64,000 nt of DNA from Phormidesmis sp. (GTDB lineage Bacteria; Cyanobacteriota; Cyanobacteriia; Leptolyngbyales; Leptolyngbyaceae), in NCBI GenBank assembly GCA_965248535.1, contig CBDFJR010000002.1:2240001-2304000 (forward strand). The letters are read 5' to 3'. The notes beneath the pieces are model-generated. The model saw only the letters and a program-made list of their open reading frames with translations. It had not been told where the DNA came from and ran no database searches. Shown piece after piece: positions 1 through 10,156 of this stretch; the first letter of the stretch is position 1; each line of letters opens with the position of its first letter. The position numbers were made by a program, and so were the translations under genes.

Positions 1-1019
1 GGGCGAGTCACCAACTGATAGGGAGAAGCCCGTCGATATAAGTCTGGCAACTGGTCAGGGGTGCCGCCCAGAAAGGCTTCGAGGGTGGCACGAGAATCGA
101 TCGGGTCAGGGTTGGGCGGTTCTCGATAGCCGATCGTCAACTCAACTGGGCCATAATAGTCAACAACGGCTTTAATGGGAGGCGGATTGGATTGAAACGC
201 TGACAGCAACGCTAGATGAGCACCCGCCGATCGTCCCATCACGGCAATGCGATCGCGATCAATATCATACTCGTTAACGTGATTCAGAATGTGAACAAAC
301 GCCGCGTTGATATCATCCAGTTGAGCCGGAAATTTGTGTTGAGGCGCATGACGATAATCGATCGCGACCACCACATAGCCCCGTGCCGCCATGTATCGAC
401 TAAAGGCCGCATCGCTGTCAGGAGTGCCGCGTTGCCATGCGCCACCATAGATTGTGACGATCGTGGGATAGGTTCCTTTTTGCGGCGGTTGATAGAGATT
501 GAGCGTTAGCGGAACGCCTTCTGGATTGGCAAACTGAATCTTTGACACATATCGAACATTGCCATCAGAAATGCCGCGAAACACATCCAGCAACGCTAGA
601 GGAGATGGACGCATCCACGATCGCTGAGTCTGCGGAATCTGATTAACGTAGTCTACACCCAATGCTGACTGCATTGCCGTAGAGAATCTCTGATTAGTAG
701 CCGGGAATTGCAGCAGAGGCAGCAGGCTTAATACTAACGCAAAAGCACTGCCAGCCAGAAATAAACGAGATGACCAACCTTGATGAAAAACTCTTAACAG
801 CAGCAGAATCGCGATCGCATTCACAACAACCAACCAGGGACTGATCTCTGGCGCACCAACACCCAACGGCAACAAAAACAGTGTCGGAGCCGGAATCACA
901 ATCCACAGAGAGAGAAACAACCCGATCAAGCTCAACGCCGCAGGAATCAAACTAGTCACAAGAAAGGCAACGAGCAACACCAGCGATCGCGCAGTCTTAA
1001 CGCGGGGCAGATGACTCAT
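1..1019 (-). CDS. Alpha/beta hydrolase (esterase/lipase) with N-terminal membrane segments; 3' end runs off the window
   Basis: Manual translation from ATG 1019: hydrophobic N-terminus, then IYGGAW oxyanion motif, IDYRHAP and GRSAGAHL nucleophile elbow. Absent from the ORF track because the stop is outside the window. Confidence 0.85.
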   Translation of the reverse strand, partial: MSHLPRVKTARSLVLLVAFLVTSLIPAALSLIGLFLSLWIVIPAPTLFLLPLGVGAPEISPWLVVVNAIAILLLLRVFHQGWSSRLFLAGSAFALVLSLLPLLQFPATNQRFSTAMQSALGVDYVNQIPQTQRSWMRPSPLALLDVFRGISDGNVRYVSKIQFANPEGVPLTLNLYQPPQKGTYPTIVTIYGGAWQRGTPDSDAAFSRYMAARGYVVVAIDYRHAPQHKFPAQLDDINAAFVHILNHVNEYDIDRDRIAVMGRSAGAHLALLSAFQSNPPPIKAVVDYYGPVELTIGYREPPNPDPIDSRATLEAFLGGTPDQLPDLYRRASPYQLVTR

Positions 1020-1114
1020 TGCCTGATTTTCTTTTGACATTTGCTCTTTACCGATTTGAGTGAGGCTGATAGTCTGACAACTGTTGCCATAGTATCTTAG
1101 CTGGACTCAAAAAA

Positions 1115-2467
1115 TTAAGCTTCTACAGGAATCGGGATCGGCTGAGGCGGTTCAGAAAACACCGTCCGCGATCGCTGCGTGTCAATCAGAGAAAGCTGCG
1201 TCGTCAACAGAAAACTAACAAAACTCGCAATCACGACGATGGGAACCATCGAAGTATCAGAAAGAACCCCCAAAATCACAGTGGTGCTAATCGGTGTTTT
1301 GGTAATGGCAACATTTACGGCTGCCATCATGCAAATCATGCTAATAGTGGGATGAATTTCCGGAAATCCGAGGGAGACTGCAAAGCCAACGGTTGCCCCA
1401 ATATAAAATAACGGAAAAATGAATCCACCGCGAAAGCCTGAATGCAGCGTGCAGCCAACGGCTAACATCTTGCCGACCGCGATTAGCAACAGCATCGTGA
1501 TTCCTAGCGTTGAGCCAGTCTCAATGATTGTGCTAATTTCTTTTTCACCAAAAAACAACGTTTGAGGAATCACAAGAGCGATCAGTCCAATCGATAAACC
1601 GCCCAGTGTTGCCAACAAAATGGTGTGGTGCTCGATCGATTTAACCAAATAGCCAACCGCTCGGAAAATTAGCACAAACAGCAACGCCGTCAGCGCACCC
1701 AGTGCACCTAACAATGCGCCCTGACCCAAATTCATCAGCGACAGAGGCGGAACGGGAGGAAAATGATACATTCCCCCGATCGTTAACCCCGTGTTGAACC
1801 GAAACACGAAAAAGCTGAGAATCGCTGACAGCACAGCCGGAATCAACGCTTCATAATACTCCAAGCCCCGGCGGTGAGGAATCTCTAGCGCAAACAGCGC
1901 CCCCCCCAAAGGCGCACCAAAAAAAGCGCCCAAAGCCGCACTCATGCCGCAAAACGTCAGCACACGAGTATTGATCAACGTGAGCTTTAGCTTTTCACTC
2001 AGCCAACTGCCAAAGCTTCCAATCACTTGCACCAAAGGGGCTTCTGGCCCAGCGCTGCCGCCCGCCGTGATCGAAAATAGAGACGCGACAATCATCGCGG
2101 GCGTTTGGCTCAACTCAATCCGCCCCGGATCGTGCACCTTGTCAACCACCATCGCGACTTCACCCGGAAGCCCCATAAAATGCAAGGTTAACCCCACACA
2201 AAAGCCCCCGATCGTCGTCACAATCCACACATAGTTGCTAGCCGGAATGCCTGCTGGCAAGTGAGGGAGCACGATCGCGGGCAGCGTGTGCCACACTAGA
2301 TGCAAGAAACCCTCTAGCACGTTGTAATAGACCGTGGCGACTAGCCCACCCGCGATGCCAATCACAGCCGCACAAAAAATCGTTTGTTGATAAGTCAACT
2401 CCCGGCTATAGAGTGGGCTGTTGGCAATGTTGTTAAGGGAGGGTGTTTCTGAGATTTGAGTAGTCAC
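1115..2467 (-). CDS. CLC-family anion channel/transporter (YfeO-like, no CBS domains)
   Basis: GSAGPEAP (gating-Glu motif), AAFFGAPLGGALFALE-like and GGFIFP motifs; many TM helices. Confidence 0.85.
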   Translation of the reverse strand: MTTQISETPSLNNIANSPLYSRELTYQQTIFCAAVIGIAGGLVATVYYNVLEGFLHLVWHTLPAIVLPHLPAGIPASNYVWIVTTIGGFCVGLTLHFMGLPGEVAMVVDKVHDPGRIELSQTPAMIVASLFSITAGGSAGPEAPLVQVIGSFGSWLSEKLKLTLINTRVLTFCGMSAALGAFFGAPLGGALFALEIPHRRGLEYYEALIPAVLSAILSFFVFRFNTGLTIGGMYHFPPVPPLSLMNLGQGALLGALGALTALLFVLIFRAVGYLVKSIEHHTILLATLGGLSIGLIALVIPQTLFFGEKEISTIIETGSTLGITMLLLIAVGKMLAVGCTLHSGFRGGFIFPLFYIGATVGFAVSLGFPEIHPTISMICMMAAVNVAITKTPISTTVILGVLSDTSMVPIVVIASFVSFLLTTQLSLIDTQRSRTVFSEPPQPIPIPVEA

Positions 2468-2497
2468 TGATAAAACCTTCCTCGGTTGAGTCTGAGA

Positions 2498-3982
2498 TTA
2501 ATGACCGACTGCTGCTACTTCGCCTTCGAGTGCGTCGCTCGTCGAGACTTGAGGCTCTTTCAAAATGAAGGCACATAGGAAACAAACAACCACTGCCGCC
2601 ACACCCAAAATCTCAAAGAACGATCGGTTACCTTCTAGAGTCTGAGGCAACAAGCTATAGGCGGTGGCATACAGCACTGAACCCACACTGCCAAAGGCCC
2701 CAATGTTGCCAGCAATCTGCCCGGTGACGCGTCTCTTGATTAAGGGCGCAATGCCAAACGTTGCACCCGCTCCACCAAATACAAAGAACGCACACACCAT
2801 CGTCATCACCACTGAGGCAGGCAGCCACCAGTCGCCTGAGATGCGGCTCATCATCAGATAGCAAAGGCCCAAGCCGCCAATCATTGCGGTCAGCGTCCAT
2901 TTGCGGCTGCCGATTTTGTCAGAGATTAACCCACCAGCCGGGCGAGAAATCAGATTCATTAACGGATAGGTTGCGGCGACGGGCCCTGCAATTTGGTGGC
3001 TTAAGTTAAAGGTGTGTTCAAAAAACTCCGGCAGCATTGAGACAACGGCTAACTCAGAGCCAAAGCTGACTGCATAGGCGAGTTCTAAAATAAACACTTG
3101 GCTCATCTGATAGCGATCGTCCGGTGAGTAGTGTTTTTGACCGCTCACGACTTCTCGGTTGACCTGGTAAGTCTGATAAGTCTGAATCACAAGCAAAACT
3201 GCCAAAAATCCCCAAATGCCATACATCACAGCCGGACTCAAGAATTTCACCAACTGCAAGCGCCAAGCAATCAACCCCATTGCGCCAAACAGAGGAACAC
3301 TGGTCAGCGTCAGTGCCCAAAAGCTTTTGCGACTAGTGACTTCCATGCCGCCATCACGGGCAGGACGCTGATAGACTTTGCCGGGGGGCGTGTCTTGCAC
3401 GTTGAGATAAAAAATCACACCATAAACGGCAGACACAACGCCGCAGAGCGCGATCGCAAACCGCCAGTTTTCGTGACCCGCGTAGAGAAACGCAGATCCA
3501 AAGGCCAGCAGGGGCAAAGTGGCTTCTGCTGCAAAGGAGCCAAAGTTTCCCCAACCGCCATAGATGCCTTGAGCAAAGCCAATTTGCTTGGGCTGAAACC
3601 ACTCATTGACGAGGCGAATTCCGACGACAAACCCGGCACCGACAATACCCATTGCCAGACGGCTTAACACTAGCTGATTAAAGTTTTGGGCCGAGGCGAA
3701 CGCCAGACAGGGAATCGCTGCATAGATCAGCAGCGCCGAAAACGTGATGCGAGGGCCAAAGCGATCGAGCACCATGCCGATGATGATCCGAGCAGGAATC
3801 GTTAGTGCCAAGTTACACAAGCTGATGGTTCTAGCTTGGGCAACGGTTAAATGCAAATCTTCGCGAATGACGCTGGTGAATGGGGCATAGTTAAACCACA
3901 CCACAAAGGTCAAGAAGAAGGCAAACCAGCTAAAGTTTAGAATCCGATAAGGACCCCTGAAAGACAATAACCCGCGTAGCAT
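2498..3982 (-). CDS. nrtP: MFS nitrate/nitrite transporter (NarK/NrtP family)
   Basis: SWFAFFLTFVVWF, GIYGGWGNFG nitrate signature, FGSELAVVSMLP, SRPAGGLISD. Confidence 0.9.
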   Translation of the reverse strand: MLRGLLSFRGPYRILNFSWFAFFLTFVVWFNYAPFTSVIREDLHLTVAQARTISLCNLALTIPARIIIGMVLDRFGPRITFSALLIYAAIPCLAFASAQNFNQLVLSRLAMGIVGAGFVVGIRLVNEWFQPKQIGFAQGIYGGWGNFGSFAAEATLPLLAFGSAFLYAGHENWRFAIALCGVVSAVYGVIFYLNVQDTPPGKVYQRPARDGGMEVTSRKSFWALTLTSVPLFGAMGLIAWRLQLVKFLSPAVMYGIWGFLAVLLVIQTYQTYQVNREVVSGQKHYSPDDRYQMSQVFILELAYAVSFGSELAVVSMLPEFFEHTFNLSHQIAGPVAATYPLMNLISRPAGGLISDKIGSRKWTLTAMIGGLGLCYLMMSRISGDWWLPASVVMTMVCAFFVFGGAGATFGIAPLIKRRVTGQIAGNIGAFGSVGSVLYATAYSLLPQTLEGNRSFFEILGVAAVVVCFLCAFILKEPQVSTSDALEGEVAAVGH

Positions 3983-4183
3983 ATTTAAGATCCTTTGCGA
4001 TGTAAGTGAACAGTTTGATCAGGCTTCTAGCAACCATCTACCCAGCCAAGTCTTTTTTTGACCGAGATTTGGTCGTCATAACGCGCCACCTATCGAGTCG
4101 TTTGAAACGAGTTCGAGTTTTGGCGTTGTGATTCATGGGAGAGCAGCTTAAGAAAAGTTAGCTTCTTTAACTCGCTGACCTGT

Positions 4184-4225
4184 AGATTAATTTCCTAAAC
4201 AAACCATAAGTGTATTAAAGGTAAC
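4184..4225 (-). promoter_or_regulatory. NtcA-activated (class II type) promoter upstream of nrtP
   Basis: Minus strand GTT-acctttaa-TAC (4225-4212; one mismatch to GTA-N8-TAC), a 22-nt spacer, then TAATCT (TAN3T -10 box, 4189-4184). Confidence 0.7.
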
Positions 4226-4467
4226 TTTTAATGCTGGCATTTGCAGAAAACGAATCGAAATGATGAAGATATTGCATGTTTTTAGGATCGCTGAGTCGAT
4301 CAATGTAGATCACGCTCCTAAGAATGCAGGGAGAACGATCGCATAAGGGCATCAGTCAAACTCTAAGAACGCTATCTAAGTCAGGAAGTGCTAACAATGC
4401 AAGAGTCATGACTTGATCAATTACAGCAGAAACGGTATTGTCATATACAGAAGTTATCTGTTGTCTT

Positions 4468-4848
4468 ATGAAAACCAAATTTTTTAATTCCTTAATTGCT
4501 GGTTTGATCGCTTCAGGACTGTTATCGATCGCACCCGCTGCTTTTGCTCAAGCCACGAGATCGCAGGCTCCAGCCGACGTTGAGCGCTTGACTTGCGTGA
4601 AAGATGCTCAGGGCTTGATGTGTAAAGCTGAAGAACACGATAGCCAAGCCGTCGCTACAGGTGCAGCCACTCCTGCGATCGTCAACTCTGAGCAGCTAGG
4701 ACGCTGGTCTGACGCACTGCTGGCCTGTCTTTATTTTGTGTTGCCTACGGGGTTAGGTCTCGCGGTCTTTTTGAGCGATAAGCGCTCTGAGCTTCTCAGA
4801 GAACAAATCGAGCGCTTAGAAAAGCTTTGGAGCCAAACGCCTCAATAG
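4468..4848 (+). CDS. Hypothetical exported/membrane-anchored protein
   Basis: Signal peptide ending AFA-Q, a Cys pair, C-terminal TM helix followed by QIERLEKLW; ATG 4468 preferred over upstream TTG. Confidence 0.65.
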   Translation: MKTKFFNSLIAGLIASGLLSIAPAAFAQATRSQAPADVERLTCVKDAQGLMCKAEEHDSQAVATGAATPAIVNSEQLGRWSDALLACLYFVLPTGLGLAVFLSDKRSELLREQIERLEKLWSQTPQ

Positions 4849-4920
4849 TCGTCTTTGAAGAAATTGTCTTTGAAGGGTCTTTGTCGAGCGACAGGCGGAG
4901 AATCTGGGCTGAGGTTAAAT

Positions 4921-6153
4921 TCAGCCCTCCCAAACTCGCAGCAATTCGGCGATCGCGACACTGTGGGCCATCGCTCCCCTCGGCAAATGCGGAAAATCGC
5001 CATCAAATAATTCCGAAATAGACCCTAAACAGCCCTGTTGCTCAAGGTGAGTGATCAAAGGCTGCCAATCAAAGGGCATCGGCAAGTCGTCACAAAATTG
5101 ACTCCAGCTTCGCAAAAAGGCCCCCAGCAGCCAACTCCAAACCGTGCCTTGATGATAGGCAAATTCTCGCTCCCAAACGCTGCCATCATACAGGCTCACA
5201 TAAGCCGGATCAGCGGGATCGAGCGATCGTAGCCCATAGGGGGTAAGCAAGCGATCGCGGGCCACCTGCAACACCTGCCGCGCTTGATCAGTCGAGAACG
5301 CACAGTGACGCAGCGACAGCGCCAACACCGCCTTGGGGCGAACAGTCGGATCGCGGCGATCGTCCGGTTCGATCACATCTAATAAAAGGTGGAGCGATCC
5401 AGCAGAGGTAGGTCTGTCTCGGCTCCGACTCTGGCTTCTAGCGTGATCGAGTCTTCTGAGTGCAGCAACACCGAGAGATAGCCAGGGCTGTAGATCTTCA
5501 TCGTCGCGCCCCGCCGTGTCTCTTCGGGGTAGTGAAAGTTCAGGTGCCACTGACCATCTGGCTGGTAGTGGGCCTGGCTCCAGCGCAGTTGCCAGAGAGT
5601 GTCTGATTGCCCTGAGCAAGTCGATTGCAGCCTTAATTGGTGGGGGGCGATCTGCTGCGAGAAACTCAGACCCAGAGATTGGTGCTGCGGGTGATGAAAC
5701 CCCCGATCGCCCACTAGGGGGCGCAATCGCAAAACCGCCGATTCTTCTCCTCTATAGGTGTAGCGCATCAGCACTCGATGAGAAAAATGAGGCATCTGAT
5801 CAGGGTCTAAGCCATGAGGCACTAGAATCTCACGGGTCAGTTGCCAGGAGTCTTGCTGCCAAACCCAGGTGGGAGTGGGGTCAAGCGTAAACGATCGCAA
5901 CCAGCGATAGCCTAGCGGTAAAATGGAGCGATCGCGCCAGAAATGAGTGCTCAAAGCAACCTGCTGTCCGGCGATTTCTAAACTCGCATCCATGTGAGAG
6001 AGCAAAAGCGTGCAGCGATCGGGCGGATCTAAGGGCGGCAAACAGCCAACCGTGGTAGGTGCGCGTTCGAGCATCGCAGACGGTGCCGCTGGCAAATCCT
6101 CCTAACCCATTGGTCAGCAGCCATTCTCGCGTGTCTAGACTGTCGCCGCTCAT
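4921..6153 (-). pseudogene. Glycogen debranching enzyme (amylo-alpha-1,6-glucosidase) pseudogene
   Basis: REWLLTNGLGGFASGT/RTYHG N-terminus and LLTPYGLRSL..AYHQGTVWSW..GSISELFDG C-terminus lie in three frames; the central region is missing (junction ~5390). Confidence 0.85.
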
Positions 6154-6348
6154 GAACGAAAAGGTAAAAAAACATTTTCTATCACGAAAGCCTACTTAGT
6201 CTGCTCCTTCACCACTTTTTCATGGTTTGCCCTGGCTCATGCCTTTAGTCAAAATCGTTATGACTATGATATGGTTGTTACAGTTCGTATTGAATCTGTG
6301 GCCTCAGTTTGAGCCATTAGACCTACTGCTTAAGGAGACTTTTTTCCC

Positions 6349-6954
6349 ATGACCCATGCCAACGAAGGATGCTTACGGGTCGGTCAACCCGCTCCCGAAT
6401 TTACAGCAACGGCTGTTGTTGATCAAGAATTTAAAGACATTAAACTGTCTGACTATCGTGGCAAATATGTGGTTTTGTTCTTTTACCCGTTAGACTTCAC
6501 ATTTGTTTGCCCGACTGAGATCACGGCATTTAGCGATCGCCACCCAGACTTTAGCGCCATCGGCACCGAGATTTTGGGCGTGTCGGTCGATAGTGCGTTT
6601 TCGCACCTAGCTTGGATTCAGAGCGATCGTAAATCGGGCGGAGTAGGTGATCTCAACTATCCCCTCGTGTCTGACATTAAAAAAGAAATCAGCCTTGCTT
6701 ATAACGTGCTCGACTCAAACGAAGGCGTGGCGTTGCGCGGTCTGTTTATCATCGACAAAGACGGCGTGATTCAACACTCGACGATTAATAATCTGTCGTT
6801 TGGGCGCAGCGTTGATGAGACTCTTCGCACACTGCAAGCGATTCAATATGTGCAGTCTCACCCCGATGAGGTTTGCCCCGCAGGTTGGCAGCCTGGTGAC
6901 AAGACAATGAACCCTGACCCCGTGAAGTCAAAAGAGTTTTTTGCGGCCGTGTAG
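6349..6954 (+). CDS. 2-Cys peroxiredoxin (AhpC/TSA)
   Basis: [13 protein letters not shown] and EVCPAGW motifs; AGGAG RBS. Confidence 0.95.
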   Translation: MTHANEGCLRVGQPAPEFTATAVVDQEFKDIKLSDYRGKYVVLFFYPLDFTFVCPTEITAFSDRHPDFSAIGTEILGVSVDSAFSHLAWIQSDRKSGGVGDLNYPLVSDIKKEISLAYNVLDSNEGVALRGLFIIDKDGVIQHSTINNLSFGRSVDETLRTLQAIQYVQSHPDEVCPAGWQPGDKTMNPDPVKSKEFFAAV

Positions 6955-7024
6955 GCGATCGTTACTAGAAGTGGATGGTAGTCAATGGCTACTGTCCACT
7001 ATTTTTTTGAGAGAAAGTTGTTCT

Positions 7025-7567
7025 ATGTTGACTTCTACTGACTTCAGCGGTTTATTGAATCGGCGTTTTTTGAATAATCTCTTTCCGATTCCAGCGACCA
7101 ATCGGTTAGCGTTGGGTGCTGTGACTCCTGGGTTTGAGTTATTTGATGTCACTCACAATCGTCTGATTAAATTATCTGATTATCAAAACGATCGTCCGGT
7201 GATTCTCGTCTTCACTCGCATTTTTACCGAAAATCAATACTGTCCGTTTTGTTTCCCGCACATTAAGGCATTAAACGAACAGTATCAGCAGTTTGTCGAT
7301 CGCGGGGCAGAGGTGTTGATGATCACAAGCACTGACCTTCAGCAAAGCAAAAAAGTAGTCCAAGATTTAGGGCTAAAAATGCCTCTGTTAAGCGATGCTA
7401 GCTGTCGGGTGTTTCGCGACTATCAGACGGGTCAAGCGTTGGGTGCGCCGTTATCGGCTCAGTTTTTGCTCGATCGTCAGGGCATTCTTCGCTATAAGCA
7501 TTTGTTTTCGTTTCTCAATCACAATGCTAGTCCTGACACATTGCTATTCGCATTAGATCGGCTGTGA
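7025..7567 (+). CDS. AhpC/TSA-family redoxin-like protein
   Basis: YCPFC motif and redoxin-fold pattern (IKLSDY..VILVF, PLLSD); ATG 7025. Confidence 0.8.
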   Translation: MLTSTDFSGLLNRRFLNNLFPIPATNRLALGAVTPGFELFDVTHNRLIKLSDYQNDRPVILVFTRIFTENQYCPFCFPHIKALNEQYQQFVDRGAEVLMITSTDLQQSKKVVQDLGLKMPLLSDASCRVFRDYQTGQALGAPLSAQFLLDRQGILRYKHLFSFLNHNASPDTLLFALDRL

Positions 7568-7602
7568 TAACTCAAACAGCGCGTCACTGACGAGATGAAG
7601 GA

Positions 7603-7788
7603 GTTAGGTTTTTGGTAGACACTAACTTGGTGATCACTAACTACGTGGCTGGTTTAATCAAAGAACAGGAAGCCGCCATGAGTGGGGTTCTCGATCGTCA
7701 GATTGCGATCGCAGTTACCGCTTCTGATTTTGAGCCTTTCAGCGATACAATTGTCGAAAGAGCATCGCGGGGATGTTATGACGATTGA
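7603..7788 (+). pseudogene. Possible collapsed PIN/VapC remnant
   Basis: Startless frame reading VRFLVDTNLVI...DRQIAIAVTASDFEPF resembles both termini of a PIN domain. Confidence 0.35.
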
Positions 7789-8041
7789 ACAAGCTATTTT
7801 AGAAACGTTAAAGGTATTGCCCCCTGAAAAGCAGCAAGAGATTTTAGAGTTTGCTGAGTCGTTAGTTGAAGGGGTTCAGACCGAAGGTGCAGACGCTCAA
7901 GCAGGTTGGGAGAACGATCCATTTGTTGGCATGTGGAAGGATCGAGAAGATATGCAGGATAGTGTTGCTTGGGTGATGCAACTTCGTCGGCAACAGTGGC
8001 AACGATCTACAGAACCCATCATTAAGCGATCGCATAACTGA
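7778..8041 (+). CDS. Antitoxin-like protein (DUF2281-type)
   Basis: LPPEKQQEILEFAESL and FVGMWKDREDM patterns; overlaps the downstream PIN gene. Confidence 0.75.
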   Translation: MTIEQAILETLKVLPPEKQQEILEFAESLVEGVQTEGADAQAGWENDPFVGMWKDREDMQDSVAWVMQLRRQQWQRSTEPIIKRSHN

Positions 8042-8426
8042 GAAAGTTCTGGTAGATTCAGATATTTTGATTGATGTCAGTCGAGGAGTTAGTGCGACGA
8101 CAGCTTTATTCAGCGCCACGGCGCAGACTGCCAGAATCATGATTTCTGCCGTAGCTCAGATGGAACTGCTAGTTGGTTGCAGAAACCGAGACGAACTTCA
8201 AATTACAGAACGATTTTTGGCGCGTTTTGAGATCATTGATCTAAATGAGACTATTTCTAAAAGAGCAGTTTTTTTGCTTACTACTTATAACTTGAGTCAT
8301 GGATTACTGATTCCTGACGCATTCATCGCAGCAACAGCTTTAGCGATGGAGCTTAGATTGTTAAGCAAGAATCAACGAGACTTCCGCTTTATTGAAAATC
8401 TTAATCTTCTGCCACTGTCTACTTAG
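8034..8426 (+). CDS. vapC: VapC/PIN-domain toxin; natural start appears to be ATA at 8034
   Basis: VLVDSDILID N-terminal PIN motif lies upstream of the first TTG; ISAVAQMEL, PDAFIAATAL, NQRDF. Confidence 0.8.
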   Translation: MTEKVLVDSDILIDVSRGVSATTALFSATAQTARIMISAVAQMELLVGCRNRDELQITERFLARFEIIDLNETISKRAVFLLTTYNLSHGLLIPDAFIAATALAMELRLLSKNQRDFRFIENLNLLPLST

Positions 8427-8526
8427 CTTTTTTCTTTGATCGTGATTCTCCTTGAACGATCGCAGCACCAGTCAATTCATCTAGCTGATAGGCGATCGTA
8501 TCGATCGTTTGTTGTTGACTGACTAA

Positions 8527-8618
8527 GGATTGTGAATTAAACAACTTCGACCATTGCCAGGGTGGCTTGCCCTCACCCCCGACCCCTCTCCCAAACTGGG
8601 AGAGAAGAGGAGCAAGAG
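8527..8618. repeat. Dispersed intergenic repeat, copy 1, with a CCCTCTCCC...GGGAGAG hairpin
   Basis: gtgaattaaa-N-acttcgaccattgccagggtg..ttgccctc...gagcaagag is shared with 32860-32936. Confidence 0.8.
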
Positions 8619-8812
8619 TGCGGTTTCTCTTCTCCGAGGGGTGAGTGAGAGACAGACTGAAACGATCGGGCAAGAATTGCTATAGAATGGCAAAGGTCGG
8701 CATTCGATCCCAGTCTTCAGAACCGAACATCGCGTCAGCCCCTCAAACCCATATCTGTCTGCCAAGACTGGTGCCATCAACGGCAACAGACCGATGTTAT
8801 CTCTGGAGTTAC

Positions 8813-10057
8813 ATGTCTTTTTCAACCCTCGGTCTGTCTGATGAAATTGTTCGTGCTGTGACTGCACGAGGCTACACAGAGCCAACCCCAATTCAGATGC
8901 AGGCGATTCCTGCCGTTTTGCTAGGCAGTGATTTGCTGGCAGGGGCCCAAACAGGCACAGGCAAAACCGCTGGTTTTACACTACCGATTTTGCAACGGCT
9001 ATCGGCCAAACGTCTTGAAGATTTGCCGAGTCATCCGCCGATCCGATCGCTGATTCTCACCCCCACCCGCGAACTCGCTGCCCAAGTCGAAGAAAGCGTG
9101 CGCGACTATGGTAAGCATTTAAATCTCACCTCAATGGCAATGTTTGGCGGGGTCAACATTAACCCGCAAATTCGCCGCCTCAAAAGCCGAGTAGACATTC
9201 TCGTGGCCACACCCGGACGATTGCTCGACCATGTGCAGCAACGCACCGTTGACCTTTCGCAAGTTGAAATTCTCGTGCTAGATGAAGCCGATCGGATGCT
9301 CGATATGGGCTTTATTCGCGATATTCGCCGCATTCTCACCAAGTTGCCCCAGCGACGACAGAATTTATTGTTCTCTGCGACTTTTTCTGACGAAATCAAA
9401 GCTCTCGCTCAGACGATTCTCACCCGTCCCACCCTGATCGAGGTCGCGCCTCGGCAAGCCAACGCTGATTTGATCGCTCAAAAAGTCTATCGCGTGGCCC
9501 GCGATCGTAAGTCTGAGTTGTTGACTCACTTAATTAAGCAACACAACTGGTTTCAGGTGTTGGTGTTTACTCGCACCAAGCACGGAGCCGATCGCTTGTC
9601 TAAACAGTTGACCCAGGGCGGCATTCCGGCTTTGGCGATCCACGGCAACAAAAGTCAGTTAGTGAGAACTCGCACGCTGGCAAAGTTTAAAGACGGCACC
9701 CTACAAGTGCTGGTAGCGACCGATATCGCCGCACGGGGCATCGATATTAATGAATTGCCCCAGGTCGTCAACTTCGATCTCCCCGACGTGCCCGAAGACT
9801 ATGTGCATCGCATTGGGCGCACGGGGCGCGCAGGGTCAGCAGGCGAGGCGCTGTCGCTAGTTTGCGTCGATGAATATAAACTGCTTGCCGACATCGAAAA
9901 GCGCATGAAGCGATCGCTGCCCCAAGAAGAGGTGGCTGGTTTTGAGCCTGACCCTAACGCCAAGCCTGAACCGATTCAGCGGCGATCGCCCCGATCTCAG
10001 CCCAGAGGAGAAGTATCGTCTGGACGATCGGCTTCGGGCAACAGTCGGCGGCGTTAA
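8813..10057 (+). CDS. rhlE: DEAD-box RNA helicase (RhlE/CrhC type)
   Basis: Q motif [41 protein letters not shown] before ATG 8813. Confidence 0.9.
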   Translation: MSFSTLGLSDEIVRAVTARGYTEPTPIQMQAIPAVLLGSDLLAGAQTGTGKTAGFTLPILQRLSAKRLEDLPSHPPIRSLILTPTRELAAQVEESVRDYGKHLNLTSMAMFGGVNINPQIRRLKSRVDILVATPGRLLDHVQQRTVDLSQVEILVLDEADRMLDMGFIRDIRRILTKLPQRRQNLLFSATFSDEIKALAQTILTRPTLIEVAPRQANADLIAQKVYRVARDRKSELLTHLIKQHNWFQVLVFTRTKHGADRLSKQLTQGGIPALAIHGNKSQLVRTRTLAKFKDGTLQVLVATDIAARGIDINELPQVVNFDLPDVPEDYVHRIGRTGRAGSAGEALSLVCVDEYKLLADIEKRMKRSLPQEEVAGFEPDPNAKPEPIQRRSPRSQPRGEVSSGRSASGNSRRR

Positions 10058-10156
10058 TCATCGCGATTAATTACAGTCTGGGCAAATTTTAGTCTGGGCA
10101 TGGTGATGCCATGCCCTTTATCGTTGTCAATAACCTACCCGATTCAATTCACGCTT

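Noticed and set aside
4231..4246. NtcB (LysR) site upstream of the NtcA box
   Set aside because: ATGC..GCAG only loosely fits, and the spacing is off
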